This document shows positions 8,403-19,046 of a stretch of 64,000 bases of DNA, one piece after another. The stretch lies in contig CAWBLI010000009.1 of the NCBI GenBank assembly GCA_963789615.1, positions 11,892-75,891 on the forward strand. The letters run 5' to 3'. The notes beneath the pieces are model-generated. The model was not told the origin of the DNA. It searched no databases and saw only the letters and a list, made by a program, of their open reading frames with translations. The stretch comes from an uncultured Actinomycetota bacterium (GTDB lineage Bacteria; Actinomycetota; Actinomycetes; JAFAQI01). Each line of letters begins with the position of its first letter. Positions within the stretch are counted from its first letter, which is position 1. The translations under genes and the position numbers were made by a program.

Positions 8403-11374
8403 TGGAGGCTGTGCCGTTCGAGATCACGCTGAGCCCGCTGGTCGGGCGCTCTGACGAGCTGCTACGACTCACCGACCTCGTCGGGGTGGGCACCGACCAC
8501 GGCGGCGCGGTGCTGCTGGGAGGCGACGCCGGCGCCGGGAAGAGCCGGCTGCTGGCCGAGCTCTGCCAGCAGGCCCGCGGATCCGGATGGCGAGTGCTCG
8601 TCGGGCACTGTCTGGACTTCGGCGACAGCTCGCTTCCGTACCTCGCGTTCAGCGAGGCATTTGGCCGCCTGGTGACCGAGACGCCGGGCCTCGCCGGCAC
8701 TTTGCTCGAGGCGAGTCCGGCGATCGCTCGGCTGCTCCCTGCCCAGCGGCTGCTCGCCGGCGCCGAGTCCGACCGGCAGCCGACCGACCGGGCCGCACTC
8801 CTCGACGCCGTGCATGGCGCGCTCGGTCGGCTCGGGGCGGAGTCGCCGCTACTGCTCGTCGTCGAGGACGTGCACTGGGCCGACCAGTCGACCCGAGACC
8901 TGCTGAGCTTCCTGTTCTCCCGGCAGTTCGACACGGCCGTCGCGGTCGTGGCGTCGTATCGCAGCGACGAGCTTCACCGCCGCCATCCGTTGCGCGGCGC
9001 GCTGGCCGAATGGTCGCGGCTGCCTGCGGTCAGCCGGCTGCAGCTCGACCCGCTGCCGCAGTCGGCGGCGCGCGAGCTCATCCGTGGTCTTCAGCCCGGC
9101 TCGTTGCTGGAGCACGACCTCCAGCTCATCGTCGAGCGAGCCGAGGGCAACCCGTTCTTCATCGAGGAGCTGGTCGCGGCGGCCGAGGTCAGCGGAGGCG
9201 CCCTGCCGACGAACCTCGCCGACCTGCTGCTGGTCCGCCTCGACCAGCTCGACGACAACGGCCGGTTGGTGGTGCGGGCAGCATCGGTCGTGGGTCGCCG
9301 GGTGCCCCACGATCTGCTGGCGCAGGGCGCCGGGCTCGACAGCGCCGCGCTCGACCAAGCCCTGCGTGCGGCCGTCGAGGCCAACGTGCTGATCGCGGTC
9401 GAGGCCGACAGCTATGCGTTCCGGCACGCCCTGCTGGCCGAGGCGGTGTACCAGGACCTGCTTCCCGGAGAGCGGGTCCGGCTGCACGCCGCCTACGCGA
9501 CGGCGCTTGCCACCGGGCGCGCCGACGGCACCGCCGCCGAGCTCGCCCGCCACGCGCGGGCTTCGCACGACCTGGTGACTGCGTTGCGCGCCAGCATCCA
9601 GGCCGGCGACGAGGCAATGGCCGTCGGCGGTCCGGATGAGGCTGCCCGACACTACGAGCTGGCCCTCGAGCTGCTCGCCGATCCAGCGGTCTCCGCAGCC
9701 GTCGGCCAGGAAGGTGACCTGACAGCGGTCGACCCGATCAGCCTGGTGCTGCGGGCCAGCAACGCCGCAGCGGCGGCCGGTCATTGGTTCCGGGCGATGG
9801 CGCTCGTCGAGGAGCAGCTACGGGCGCTGCCGGCCGACGCACCGCTCATCGACCGGGTGCGCCTGCTGCAGGCGGTCGCGGAGTTCGCGCTGCACCTGGA
9901 CAGTCCGGTCGACATTCTCGCCATGACCACGGAGGCGGTGCAGCTGTTGCCGGCAGAGCCGCCGACCGCGCTGCGCGCGCGGGTCCTCAACACCCACGCC
10001 CGTGCTTTCGCCGACCGGGCCCGCAAGGACGAGGCGATCCAGTTTGCGACCAAAGCTCAGCAGCTCGCGCGCGAGCTGGGGCTTCCAGACGTGCTGGCGG
10101 ACTCGGCGACCACGCTCGCCCGAATCGACAAGGACGCCGGGGATCCAGGCGCCTCCGAGACCTGGCTGCTCGAGGCCATTGCCGATGCCCGCACGTCCGG
10201 TGAGGTGGCGTCGGAGCTGCGCGCCCTGACCACGCTCGGGACGCTGTCCTACAACCAGGGTCGGCTCGGACCCGCCCTGGAGGCCTACGAGCAGGCCGGG
10301 CGCCGGGCTCGGGAGGCCGGTCGACCCTGGGCGCCGTACGGTCTCGATGCCCTCTTCATGTCTGCACTCGTGGCGCACGTCAGCGGGGACTGGGAGCTGG
10401 CCGACCGGATCCTCGACGTGTCCGACCAGTCACCTCCGGAGTTCGCCGAGGCGCTGCTCGCGGCCATCGGGATGCAGCTCGCCGCCGACCGGGGCGACGT
10501 CGCCGCCCTGGACCGGATGCCCGGGTTGCGCAGCTGGTGGCGCCGCGACGGCTTGATCGGCATCACCAGCGGCGGGGCCGCCATCGACCTGCTGGGTCAG
10601 CGCGGCGATCTGGCCGGAGTTCTTGCGATGTACGACGACGTCGTGGCCAGCGTCAGCAAGCTGTGGCAAAACATGGGGTTCCATGCTCGGATCCGGCTCA
10701 GCGCGTTGGCGTTGGGTCAGCTGGCGACGGCCGCGGCGACCGCGAACGCGGCCGAGCGGGATGCTCTGGTCGCCCGGGGCGAAGCGCTCGCGGCGAGGGC
10801 CGTCGAGATCAGCAAGGACGAGCGCTCCCATGGCCCGGAAGGGCTAGCCTGGCTGGCTCGCGCCGACGCCGAGTACGCCCGGCTGCGCTGGTTGGCTGGA
10901 GTGAACCCACCTCCGGAGTCGGAGCTGGTGGAGGCGTGGCGCGCGGCGGTCGAGGCGTTCGACCGCTTCGGCCATGCCCATGAGACCGCCCGCTCCCGCG
11001 CTCGACTCGCCGCCGTGCTGCGCGCGACCGGTCACACGGTCGAGGCGAGCGAGCAGGCCGGCCAGGCTCGCGAGGTCGCGGCCCGGCTAGGCGCGCGCCC
11101 GTTGCTCGCCGAGCTTCGGGCCATGGGCGAAGGCGGTACGTCGACGAGCCGCCCGGCCCGCTCGGTGGCGGACGACTCGCTGACCCCCCGCGAGACCGAG
11201 GTCCTGACGCTCGTCGCGGCAGGGCGGAGCAACGGGGAGATCGCCGGGCAGCTGTTCATCAGCACCAAGACGGTCAGCGTGCACGTGTCCAACATCCTGG
11301 CCAAGCTCGGCGCCGCCAGCCGCACCGAGGCGGTAGCGCTCGCCGGACGGCGCGGCCTGCTGCCGGGCACCTAG
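8381..11374 (+). CDS. Large ATP-binding LuxR-family (LAL) transcriptional regulator
   Basis: Walker A GDAGAGKS, VEDVHWAD, EGNPFFIEEL, TPR-like middle region, C-terminal LuxR HTH (LTPRETEVL...KTVSVHVSNILAKLG). Confidence 0.95.
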   Translation: MSHSAAMMEAVPFEITLSPLVGRSDELLRLTDLVGVGTDHGGAVLLGGDAGAGKSRLLAELCQQARGSGWRVLVGHCLDFGDSSLPYLAFSEAFGRLVTETPGLAGTLLEASPAIARLLPAQRLLAGAESDRQPTDRAALLDAVHGALGRLGAESPLLLVVEDVHWADQSTRDLLSFLFSRQFDTAVAVVASYRSDELHRRHPLRGALAEWSRLPAVSRLQLDPLPQSAARELIRGLQPGSLLEHDLQLIVERAEGNPFFIEELVAAAEVSGGALPTNLADLLLVRLDQLDDNGRLVVRAASVVGRRVPHDLLAQGAGLDSAALDQALRAAVEANVLIAVEADSYAFRHALLAEAVYQDLLPGERVRLHAAYATALATGRADGTAAELARHARASHDLVTALRASIQAGDEAMAVGGPDEAARHYELALELLADPAVSAAVGQEGDLTAVDPISLVLRASNAAAAAGHWFRAMALVEEQLRALPADAPLIDRVRLLQAVAEFALHLDSPVDILAMTTEAVQLLPAEPPTALRARVLNTHARAFADRARKDEAIQFATKAQQLARELGLPDVLADSATTLARIDKDAGDPGASETWLLEAIADARTSGEVASELRALTTLGTLSYNQGRLGPALEAYEQAGRRAREAGRPWAPYGLDALFMSALVAHVSGDWELADRILDVSDQSPPEFAEALLAAIGMQLAADRGDVAALDRMPGLRSWWRRDGLIGITSGGAAIDLLGQRGDLAGVLAMYDDVVASVSKLWQNMGFHARIRLSALALGQLATAAATANAAERDALVARGEALAARAVEISKDERSHGPEGLAWLARADAEYARLRWLAGVNPPPESELVEAWRAAVEAFDRFGHAHETARSRARLAAVLRATGHTVEASEQAGQAREVAARLGARPLLAELRAMGEGGTSTSRPARSVADDSLTPRETEVLTLVAAGRSNGEIAGQLFISTKTVSVHVSNILAKLGAASRTEAVALAGRRGLLPGT

Positions 11375-11386
11375 GGTCGAGGGCGG

Positions 11387-12403
11387 TCAGGCCCGGTATC
11401 CGGCTGCCAGCTCGCGCAGTCGAGCGTGAGCCTCGTCGTACACCGCGACACCTGGCAGGAACTGCTTCGCCACCTTGGCGACCGAGGTGTAGTTGGTGTC
11501 GACGACGTTGGCCAGCGGCGCCTCCACCACCTGCGAGAGCAGTTGGTAAGCGTCGAGCTGATGCATGCCGAAGTCCGACACCGCCCAGGACACCAGGTCG
11601 TGCTGCGCCACCCGGAAGGCGTCCTCGAGCGGACGAGCTGACCCGATGCTCATCAGGTGGGTGTCGGTCTCGAGCCGCGGGGTCGGGCACGGCCGGCCCT
11701 TGATGAGGTCGACCGCGATCGTCGTGTCCATGGCGCACTCGGCCGCCACGCCGCAGGTCTCGCCCTCACCCTGCCGGGCGTGCCCGTCGCCGATCGACAG
11801 GAGCGCGCCCTCGACGTTCACACCCAGGTAACAGGTGACACCCACCCTCATCTCCGGCGTGTCCATGTTGCCGCCGAAGACATCCGGCACCAGGGCTGAT
11901 CGCACCTCGAGATTCGGTGGTGCGACCCCAACCGTGCCGTGCATCGGGCTCATCGGGACGTCGACCGCCCAGTCGCCGAACCGTGACTCGAAGCGCGCCA
12001 GGTCACGATCGCGGTCGAGCTGCCAGATCCACACCACCTCAGGCAACGGGTCCTGCAGGGTCGCCGTGAGATGGGTGCTGGTCAACGCTCCGAACAGCGG
12101 CACGGTGGTCGACGCCGCCCAGTCCCGCGCTGGCCGCATCGAGATGAAGTGGACGGCGACGGTGTCTCCCGGTTCGGCTCCCTCGATGTAGAACGGTCCG
12201 GTTTGCGGGTTGAGGAACGGGAACTCACACACGTCGGAGACCAGGTCATCCTGGCTGCGGACCCGGCCGGCGAAGCAGTCCTCGGTGTAGAGCTCGAGGA
12301 TCGTCCCGGGCGTGACCGTCGCGACCGGAGCCGCACCGCCGAACGTCCACGCGTAGTCGCCTTCCCCGGGGCGATAGGTGAGGGTCCTTGGATCTGCAGC
12401 CAT
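11387..12403 (-). CDS. Acetamidase/formamidase family protein
   Basis: NPQTGPFYIEGAEPGD, GGNMD, GDGHARQGEGE motifs. Confidence 0.92.
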   Translation of the reverse strand: MAADPRTLTYRPGEGDYAWTFGGAAPVATVTPGTILELYTEDCFAGRVRSQDDLVSDVCEFPFLNPQTGPFYIEGAEPGDTVAVHFISMRPARDWAASTTVPLFGALTSTHLTATLQDPLPEVVWIWQLDRDRDLARFESRFGDWAVDVPMSPMHGTVGVAPPNLEVRSALVPDVFGGNMDTPEMRVGVTCYLGVNVEGALLSIGDGHARQGEGETCGVAAECAMDTTIAVDLIKGRPCPTPRLETDTHLMSIGSARPLEDAFRVAQHDLVSWAVSDFGMHQLDAYQLLSQVVEAPLANVVDTNYTSVAKVAKQFLPGVAVYDEAHARLRELAAGYRA

Positions 12404-12461
12404 GCCGGCAACCTAGGTTCACGGGACTGCGTGCGGCAAATCCAGCTCGATCCGTCATAAG

Positions 12462-12484
12462 GCTTGACCGTCAAGCAACTTGAC
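12462..12484. promoter_or_regulatory. Overlapping palindromes GCTTGAC-C-GTCAAGC and GTCAAG-CAA-CTTGAC; probable MarR operator
   Basis: Perfect inverted repeats between the divergent amidase and marR genes. Confidence 0.6.
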
Positions 12485-12515
12485 TACCCGTCGAGCGCTG
12501 CTTACCGTCGCCACC

Positions 12516-12974
12516 ATGCCGCCTCCTGAACCCGATGACGAGGTTGTGATCCCGGCCCTGTTGCGGGGCGCACGCGGCTGTTACGCGCAGGCGATCCGGG
12601 TCCATCTGGAGGCCCGAGGTCTCGACGACATGCCACGCAACGGCAGTTTCGTACTGGGCGGCATGGCTCACCATGGTGGCTCGGCGGCGGACATGATCGG
12701 CGCGCTTGGCATCAGCAAGCAGGCGGCCAGCCAGCTGATCGACACCCTGGTGTCGCGTGGCTACCTCACCCGCCGATCTGTTCCGGATGATCGCCGACGG
12801 GTGATGATCGAGCTCACCGAGCGGGGCCGAGCGGCCGCCGTCGCGGTCCGCGATGGCATTGCCGACGTGGACACAGAACTCGCCACGATGTTGTCCCCAC
12901 GGCAGCTGGCAGGGTTGCGGGCCGGACTGGCGGCACTGATCGATATCAAACAGCGAACGGCAGAGGTGCGCTAA
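12516..12974 (+). CDS. MarR family regulator
   Basis: ISKQAASQLIDTLVSRGYL...DDRRRVMIELTERG winged helix. Confidence 0.9.
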   Translation: MPPPEPDDEVVIPALLRGARGCYAQAIRVHLEARGLDDMPRNGSFVLGGMAHHGGSAADMIGALGISKQAASQLIDTLVSRGYLTRRSVPDDRRRVMIELTERGRAAAVAVRDGIADVDTELATMLSPRQLAGLRAGLAALIDIKQRTAEVR

Positions 12975-12989
12975 CCCGCCGAAGCGGAA

Positions 12990-14051
12990 TCAGCCGACGG
13001 ACCAGGTCCCGCCTGAGGACAGCAGGGCCGCCAGGTCTCCGGTGCCGCCTGACTCCCGGGCGGCGGCGACCTGCTCCCGGGCGGAGTCGTCGTACGCCGG
13101 TCGGTCGACGTCACGGAAGACACCGATCGGAGTCACGCCACCGTCGCCGTAGTCGAGCCGCGACAGCAGGAAGGCCAGCTCTGGACCCTCGGCGTGCGCG
13201 TTGTGCACCAGCATCGAATCTCCGGGCGCGGTACGCGCGTCGACCAGCTCGATCGTTCCGTCGCTGCGCAGCCGCAGGCCGCGCTCTCCGTCGGCGCCGA
13301 ACCGGATCGGCTCGTCGTGCACCAGCCGGACCACCGCTTCGTCGCGGGTGTCGGGGTTCTTCAGCGCGTCGAAGGCGCCGTCGTTGTAGATGTCGCAGTT
13401 TTGCAGGATCTCGACGAAGGCCGCGCCCCGATGCATCGCCGCGGCCTCCAGCACCGACTGCAGGTGCTGCCGGTCCGAGTCGATGCTGCGCGCCACGAAC
13501 GTCGCCTCCGAACCAAGGGCGACGGACAGCGGGTTGAGCGGCCGGTCGAGCGAGCCCGCCGGAGTCGACTTGGTCAGCTTGCCGACCTCAGAGGTGGGCG
13601 AGTACTGGCCCTTGGTCAGGCCGTAGATCTTGTTGTTCAACAACAGGATCTTGATGTTGACGTTGCGTCGCAGCGCGTGCATGAGGTGGTTGGCACCGAT
13701 CGACAACATGTCGCCGTCGCCACCGATCACCCAGACCGAAAGATCAGGCCGGGTCACGGCGAGCCCGGTCGCGATCGCCGGCGCGCGGCCGTGGATCGAG
13801 TGCATCCCGAAGGTGTTCATGTAGTACGGCAACCGTGCGGCACAACCGATGCCGGAGATGAACACGGTGTTCTCGCGGGCGATACCCAGGGTCGGCATGA
13901 AGCTCTGGATCGCGGCAAGGATCGCGTAGTCGCCACACCCGGGGCACCAACGGACCTCCTGGTCCGAGGTGAAGTCCCGCTTGGTGCTGGGCGTGTCAGC
14001 CAGTGGCACGAGGTTCAGGCCGCGGCCGGGCCGCGACGTGGGGACGCTCAT
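12990..14051 (-). CDS. korB: 2-oxoacid:ferredoxin oxidoreductase beta subunit
   Basis: WCPGCGD, SGIGC, HSIHGRA, GDGD...NN TPP-binding motif. Confidence 0.93.
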   Translation of the reverse strand: MSVPTSRPGRGLNLVPLADTPSTKRDFTSDQEVRWCPGCGDYAILAAIQSFMPTLGIARENTVFISGIGCAARLPYYMNTFGMHSIHGRAPAIATGLAVTRPDLSVWVIGGDGDMLSIGANHLMHALRRNVNIKILLLNNKIYGLTKGQYSPTSEVGKLTKSTPAGSLDRPLNPLSVALGSEATFVARSIDSDRQHLQSVLEAAAMHRGAAFVEILQNCDIYNDGAFDALKNPDTRDEAVVRLVHDEPIRFGADGERGLRLRSDGTIELVDARTAPGDSMLVHNAHAEGPELAFLLSRLDYGDGGVTPIGVFRDVDRPAYDDSAREQVAAARESGGTGDLAALLSSGGTWSVG

Positions 14052-15916
14052 GATGCGGCCAGTCCTTCCAGGGCTTCGGCGAGCTCGTGTGACTGCAGCG
14101 GCAGTCCGCGGACTCGGTTGAACGACTGCACGTCGACCAGGAATCTGGCCCGCAGCAGCATGGCGAGCTGGCCGAGGTTCAGCTCGGGAACCAGCACCTT
14201 CGAGTAGCCCTGCAACACCTCGCCGACGTTGCTGGGAAGCGGGTTCAGGTGACGCAGGTGCGCCTGCGCGACATGGACACCGTTCTCACGGACCGCCCGC
14301 ACGGCGGATGAGATAGCGCCGTACGTCGATCCCCACCCGAGCACGAGCAGGTCCGCATCACCGTCCGGGTCGTCCACCTCGAGCGGCGGGATCGTGGCCG
14401 TGATGCCGTCGATCTTCGCCTGCCGGAGCCGGACCATCGTGTCGTGGTTGTCACCGTCGTAGGAGATGTCGCCGGACCCGTTGGCCTTCTCGATACCGCC
14501 GATGCGGTGCTCGAGACCAGCGGTTCCCGGGATCGCCCAAGGCCGGGCCAGCGTCTCCGGATCCCGGGTGTAGGGCTGGAAGGTCGTCCCGTCCTCGGGC
14601 GCAACCGCGAAGTCCACCGTGAGATCCGGCAGGGTGGCAACGTCGGGGATCAGCCACGGCTCGCTGCCGTTGGCCAGGTAGGCGTCGGAGAGCAGGTATA
14701 CCGGCGTTCGGTACGTCGTCGCGATCCGCACCGCCTCGACGGCAGCGTCGAAGCAGTCGGCCGGTGATCGCGGCGCCACGATCGCGGCGGGCGCCTCGCC
14801 GTGCCGACCGAACATCGCCAGCAGCAGATCGGCCTGCTCGGTCTTCGTCGGCATCCCGGTCGACGGGCCGGCGCGCTGGACGTCGCAGATCACCAGCGGA
14901 AGCTCCATCGCGATGGCGAGCCCGACGGTCTCGGCCTTGAGGTCCACACCAGGGCCGGAGGTTGTCGTCACCCCGAGCGCACCGCCGAACGCGGCGCCGA
15001 GGGCGGCACCGATCCCTGCGATCTCGTCCTCGGCCTGGAACGTCAGCACGCCGAACTCCTTGTGCCGCGCGAGCTCGTGCAACACATCGGAAGCCGGCGT
15101 GATCGGGTACGAGCCGAGAAACAGCTGCAACCCAGCCCGCTGCGCCCCGGCGATCAACCCGTACGCGAGCGCGATATTGCCGCGGATGGTCCGGTAGCGA
15201 CCGGGCGGCATCTCGGCGGGGCCGACCTCGTAGCGCACGACGAAGGACTCGGTGGTCTCGCCAAAGTTCCAGCCGGCCCGCAACGCAGCGATGTTCGCCG
15301 CCGCCAGCTCGGGGCGCTTCGCGAAGGCCCGCTCGAGATAGGCCACCGTGCTCTCGATCGGACGGCTGTAGAGCCACGACAGCATCCCCAGCGCGAACAT
15401 GTTCTTGGCACGCTCGGCGTCCTTGCGCCCGACGTCCAGGGCGGCGACGGCGCCGACGGTCAGCGTCGTGAGCGGGAGAGCGTGAACGGCGTACGACGAC
15501 AACGACCCGTCCTCGAGCGGGTTGGCGTCGTACCCCACCTTGCGAAGGTTGCGGGCCGTGAAGTCGTCGGAGTTGGCGATGATCGTGGCGCCGACCGGCA
15601 AGTGGCCGACGTTCGCCCGCAGCGCGGCGGGGTTCATCGCGACGAGCACGTCTGCCTGGTCGCCAGGTGTCGTGACGGCGTGGTCGGCGAAGTGCAGCTG
15701 GAAGGCGCTGACCCCAGGCAGCGTCCCGGCCGGTGCACGGATCTCGGCGGGGAAGTCCGGCAGCGTGGACAGGTCGTTGCCCCACTCCGCCGTCTCACTG
15801 GTGAAGCGGTCCCCGGCCAGCTGCATGCCGTCGCCGGAATCCCCGGCGAACCGGATGACGACCCGGTCCAGTTGTTCAATTGGCTTGCGTGTTCGTTCGG
15901 TATCTACGTCAGTCAC
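14048..15916 (-). CDS. korA: 2-oxoacid:acceptor oxidoreductase alpha subunit
   Basis: FAGDSGDGMQL, YPITPAS, QAEDEIA, TTTSGPG, QRAGPSTG. Confidence 0.93.
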   Translation of the reverse strand: MTDVDTERTRKPIEQLDRVVIRFAGDSGDGMQLAGDRFTSETAEWGNDLSTLPDFPAEIRAPAGTLPGVSAFQLHFADHAVTTPGDQADVLVAMNPAALRANVGHLPVGATIIANSDDFTARNLRKVGYDANPLEDGSLSSYAVHALPLTTLTVGAVAALDVGRKDAERAKNMFALGMLSWLYSRPIESTVAYLERAFAKRPELAAANIAALRAGWNFGETTESFVVRYEVGPAEMPPGRYRTIRGNIALAYGLIAGAQRAGLQLFLGSYPITPASDVLHELARHKEFGVLTFQAEDEIAGIGAALGAAFGGALGVTTTSGPGVDLKAETVGLAIAMELPLVICDVQRAGPSTGMPTKTEQADLLLAMFGRHGEAPAAIVAPRSPADCFDAAVEAVRIATTYRTPVYLLSDAYLANGSEPWLIPDVATLPDLTVDFAVAPEDGTTFQPYTRDPETLARPWAIPGTAGLEHRIGGIEKANGSGDISYDGDNHDTMVRLRQAKIDGITATIPPLEVDDPDGDADLLVLGWGSTYGAISSAVRAVRENGVHVAQAHLRHLNPLPSNVGEVLQGYSKVLVPELNLGQLAMLLRARFLVDVQSFNRVRGLPLQSHELAEALEGLAAS

Positions 15917-16038
15917 ACCAGACTCGGATCACGGACTCGATGTACACCTTGATCACAACCTCCATCGTTAGCCTAGGCCAGACCGGGTTCGACCGACGGT
16001 TCAGCACGCCAGCCGCGTGCGGCGGCGAGAGGTGTGCA

Positions 16039-17202
16039 TTGGGCAAGCTCACAGTCGGTGTCGTCAAAGAGACGGCACCCCGAGAACGCCGGGTCGCCCT
16101 GGACCCGGAAGGGGTGGGCCGCCTGGTCGCAGCAGGCTGCGCGGTTGTCGTCGAGGCCGGCGCCGGGGCCAGCGCGTGGTTCCCCGACACCGCCTACGCC
16201 GAAGCCGGCGCCACCATCGAGCGGGCAAAAACCGTCCTGCAACAGGCCGACGTCATCCTGTCGGTTCGGCCACCCTCGGCCGAGCTGCTGGCGGAGCTAT
16301 GCGACGGGCAGGTCATCGTCGGGATGCTGGGGCTGCTGAGCGACCACGAGCTCGCGGTCGAGCTGGCCCGCCGGCAGATCACCGCGGTGAGCCTCGAAGG
16401 GCTGCCCCGAACGCTCAGCCGGGCGCAGGCGATGGACGCCCTGAGCTCGCAGGCGAACGTGGCTGGGTATCGCAGCGTGCTGCTGGCGGCCGAGACGTTC
16501 GGCCGCTACCTCCCGATGATGGTCACCGCGGCAGGTACGGCGAGGCCGGCCGAGGTTCTGGTCCTCGGCGCCGGCGTGGCGGGTCTGCAGGCGATCGGGA
16601 CAGCACGACGGCTCGGCGCCTTCGTCAGGGCCTTCGACGTCCGGCCCGACTCCCGGACCGAGGTGGCGTCGCTGGGCGCGACGTTCCTGGACATCTCGGC
16701 AGTGACCTCGGCCGCCGGCGAGGGCGGTTACGCCCGGCCGCTCACCGAGGCCGAGCAGGCAGCGCTGACCGCCGAGCTCGCGACGCACATCGCGCGCCAC
16801 AACATCGTGATCACCACCGCGCAGGTGCCGGGCCGCCGACCCCCGCTGCTCGTGACCGCCGAAGCGGTTGAGGGCATGCGACCCGGCTCGGTGGTCGTCG
16901 ACATCGCGTCGAGCCCCCTCGGCGGCAACGTCGCCGGGTCCCGGCCGGGCGAGCGGATCGTCACCGACAACGGCGTCACGGTTATCGGAGCAGACGACCT
17001 TCCCTCGACCATGCCGACCAGCGCGTCCGCTGCGTTCTCGCGCAACGTTTCCGCCGTACTGCTGCACGTGATCGACGACGGGCAGGTCGCCGTCAACCTC
17101 GAGGACGAGATCCAGGCAGGAGTGGTCATGACCCATGGCGGCGCGGTGGTCCATCCCACCGTCCTCGCGGCCATCAACGCGAGCGCGTCGGGAGAGGTGT
17201 AA
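16039..17202 (+). CDS. pntAa: NAD(P) transhydrogenase alpha subunit, dI domain
   Basis: KETAPRERRVAL, RAQAMDALSSQAN, GAGVAGLQA; TTG start after GAGG. Confidence 0.93.
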   Translation: MGKLTVGVVKETAPRERRVALDPEGVGRLVAAGCAVVVEAGAGASAWFPDTAYAEAGATIERAKTVLQQADVILSVRPPSAELLAELCDGQVIVGMLGLLSDHELAVELARRQITAVSLEGLPRTLSRAQAMDALSSQANVAGYRSVLLAAETFGRYLPMMVTAAGTARPAEVLVLGAGVAGLQAIGTARRLGAFVRAFDVRPDSRTEVASLGATFLDISAVTSAAGEGGYARPLTEAEQAALTAELATHIARHNIVITTAQVPGRRPPLLVTAEAVEGMRPGSVVVDIASSPLGGNVAGSRPGERIVTDNGVTVIGADDLPSTMPTSASAAFSRNVSAVLLHVIDDGQVAVNLEDEIQAGVVMTHGGAVVHPTVLAAINASASGEV

Positions 17203-17204
17203 CG

Positions 17205-17534
17205 ATGAGTGAAACGCTGTTGTCCGATCTCAGCATCTTCGTGCTGAGCCTGTTCGTCGGTTTCGAAGTCATCAGCAAGGTCCCCGCGACGCTGCACACG
17301 CCGCTGATGTCCGGCGCCAACTCGATCCACGGCGTCATCCTGGTCGGGGCCATGCTGGGCGCGTCGACCGCGCATGACGCGGTCGGCTACACGCTGGCAT
17401 TCATCGCCCTGGCCTTCGCCGCGTCGAACGTCGTGGGCGGATATGTCGTGACGGACCGGATGCTGCAGATGTTCCGTCGCCGGCCGGATCCGACGCCCGA
17501 GCCGGCCGACGGGCAGCCGGGACGCCAGCCGTGA
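17205..17534 (+). CDS. pntAb: NAD(P) transhydrogenase alpha subunit, membrane part
   Basis: VPATLHTPLMSGANSIHG...NVVGGYVVTDRML. Confidence 0.95.
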   Translation: MSETLLSDLSIFVLSLFVGFEVISKVPATLHTPLMSGANSIHGVILVGAMLGASTAHDAVGYTLAFIALAFAASNVVGGYVVTDRMLQMFRRRPDPTPEPADGQPGRQP

Positions 17535-18952
17535 GCGACTTCGACACCGCGGTGCGGCTGGCCTACCTGGTCTCGGCGGCCTGCTTCGTCGTCGGGCTTC
17601 ACCTGATGAACTCCCCGGCAACCGCCCGCCGCGGTAACACCATCTCCGCCGCGGGGATGACGCTGGCGATCGTCATGACCGTCGCGTTCGTCGCACACCA
17701 GGGCACGATCACCGGCGTCGGATGGGCCATTCTCGTCGTCGGCACGCTGGTCGGCGCCGGTGCCGGACTGTTCGGTGCCCGACAGATCCGCATGACCGAC
17801 ATGCCGCAGCTGGTCAGCCTGTTCAACGCCGCCGGCGGTGGCGCGGCGGCGCTGGTGGCTCTTACGGAGTTCTTCCGCGTCGCGGGACACGCCTCACTCG
17901 ACCTGTCGACCCGCGCGGCCGTGGCGACGGTTCTCGACGTGATCATCGGTGCGGTCACGCTGTCCGGGTCGCTCATCGCCGCCGGCAAGCTGCAGGGCGT
18001 CGTGAACAGCGCGCCGGTGACGTTCCCGGCGGTGAGACTGCTCAACGCCTTTCTCGCGCTAGGCGCGGTCGGCGGCGGCGCGTACCTGATCTGGGGGGAC
18101 CACACGTCGATCCCGGCGCTGCTCGTCATCCTCATGCTCGGGCTGGTCTTCGGCGTCACGATGGTGCTGCCCATCGGCGGGGCCGACATGCCGGTGGTCA
18201 TCTCGCTGCTCAACGCGTTCACCGGGACAGCGGTTGCGATGGCCGGCTTCGTCATCGACAACACCGTGCTGATCATCGCGGGCGCGTTGGTCGGCGCGTC
18301 CGGGAGCATCCTGACGAAGTTGATGGCCACCGCCATGAACCGGTCGATCCGCAACATCATCGTGGGTGGATTCGGGACCGCAGATGCCAGCACGGTCGTG
18401 CTCGCCACCGGCGATCAGCCGCGAAGCGTCGAGGCCGACGACGTCGCCCTGCAGCTGGCCTACGCCAGCAAGGTCATCCTTGTCCCCGGGTACGGACTCG
18501 CCGTCGCGCAGGCACAGCACGAGATGGCGGCGCTCGCCGACCTGCTCGAGAAGCGAGGCGTCGACGTCTCCTACGCCATCCATCCCGTCGCGGGCCGGAT
18601 GCCCGGGCACATGAATGTCCTCCTGGCCGAGGCCAACGTTCCCTACCCGCTGCTCAAGGAGATGGAGGAGATCAACCCGGAGTTCGCACGCGCCGACATC
18701 GCGCTCGTCGTGGGGGCGAACGACGTCGTCAACCCTGCCGCTCGACGAGCGGATTCCGTCATCTCGGGCATGCCCATCCTCGACGTCGACCAGGCCAAGA
18801 ACATTGTCGTGATGAAGCGCTCGATGGGCCACGGGTACGCCGGGATCGACAACGAGCTGTTCACGAACCCGAAGACCGGGATGTACTTCGCCGACGCCAA
18901 AAGCGGCCTCGCCACACTGGTCGCCGCCGTCAAGACGCTGGTCGCGAGCTGA
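17531..18952 (+). CDS. pntB: NAD(P) transhydrogenase beta subunit
   Basis: IGGADMPVVISLLN, HPVAGRMPGHMNVLLAEA, GANDVVNP. Confidence 0.95.
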   Translation: MSDFDTAVRLAYLVSAACFVVGLHLMNSPATARRGNTISAAGMTLAIVMTVAFVAHQGTITGVGWAILVVGTLVGAGAGLFGARQIRMTDMPQLVSLFNAAGGGAAALVALTEFFRVAGHASLDLSTRAAVATVLDVIIGAVTLSGSLIAAGKLQGVVNSAPVTFPAVRLLNAFLALGAVGGGAYLIWGDHTSIPALLVILMLGLVFGVTMVLPIGGADMPVVISLLNAFTGTAVAMAGFVIDNTVLIIAGALVGASGSILTKLMATAMNRSIRNIIVGGFGTADASTVVLATGDQPRSVEADDVALQLAYASKVILVPGYGLAVAQAQHEMAALADLLEKRGVDVSYAIHPVAGRMPGHMNVLLAEANVPYPLLKEMEEINPEFARADIALVVGANDVVNPAARRADSVISGMPILDVDQAKNIVVMKRSMGHGYAGIDNELFTNPKTGMYFADAKSGLATLVAAVKTLVAS

Positions 18953-19046
18953 GCCTTACGTGCTATTGACAGGGCCTAGGGGCAGGGCTAGATCTGGGCC
19001 GGTGCCCGGTCGGGCACGATTTTCTGGGGGGAAGGACCGGCTCGTC

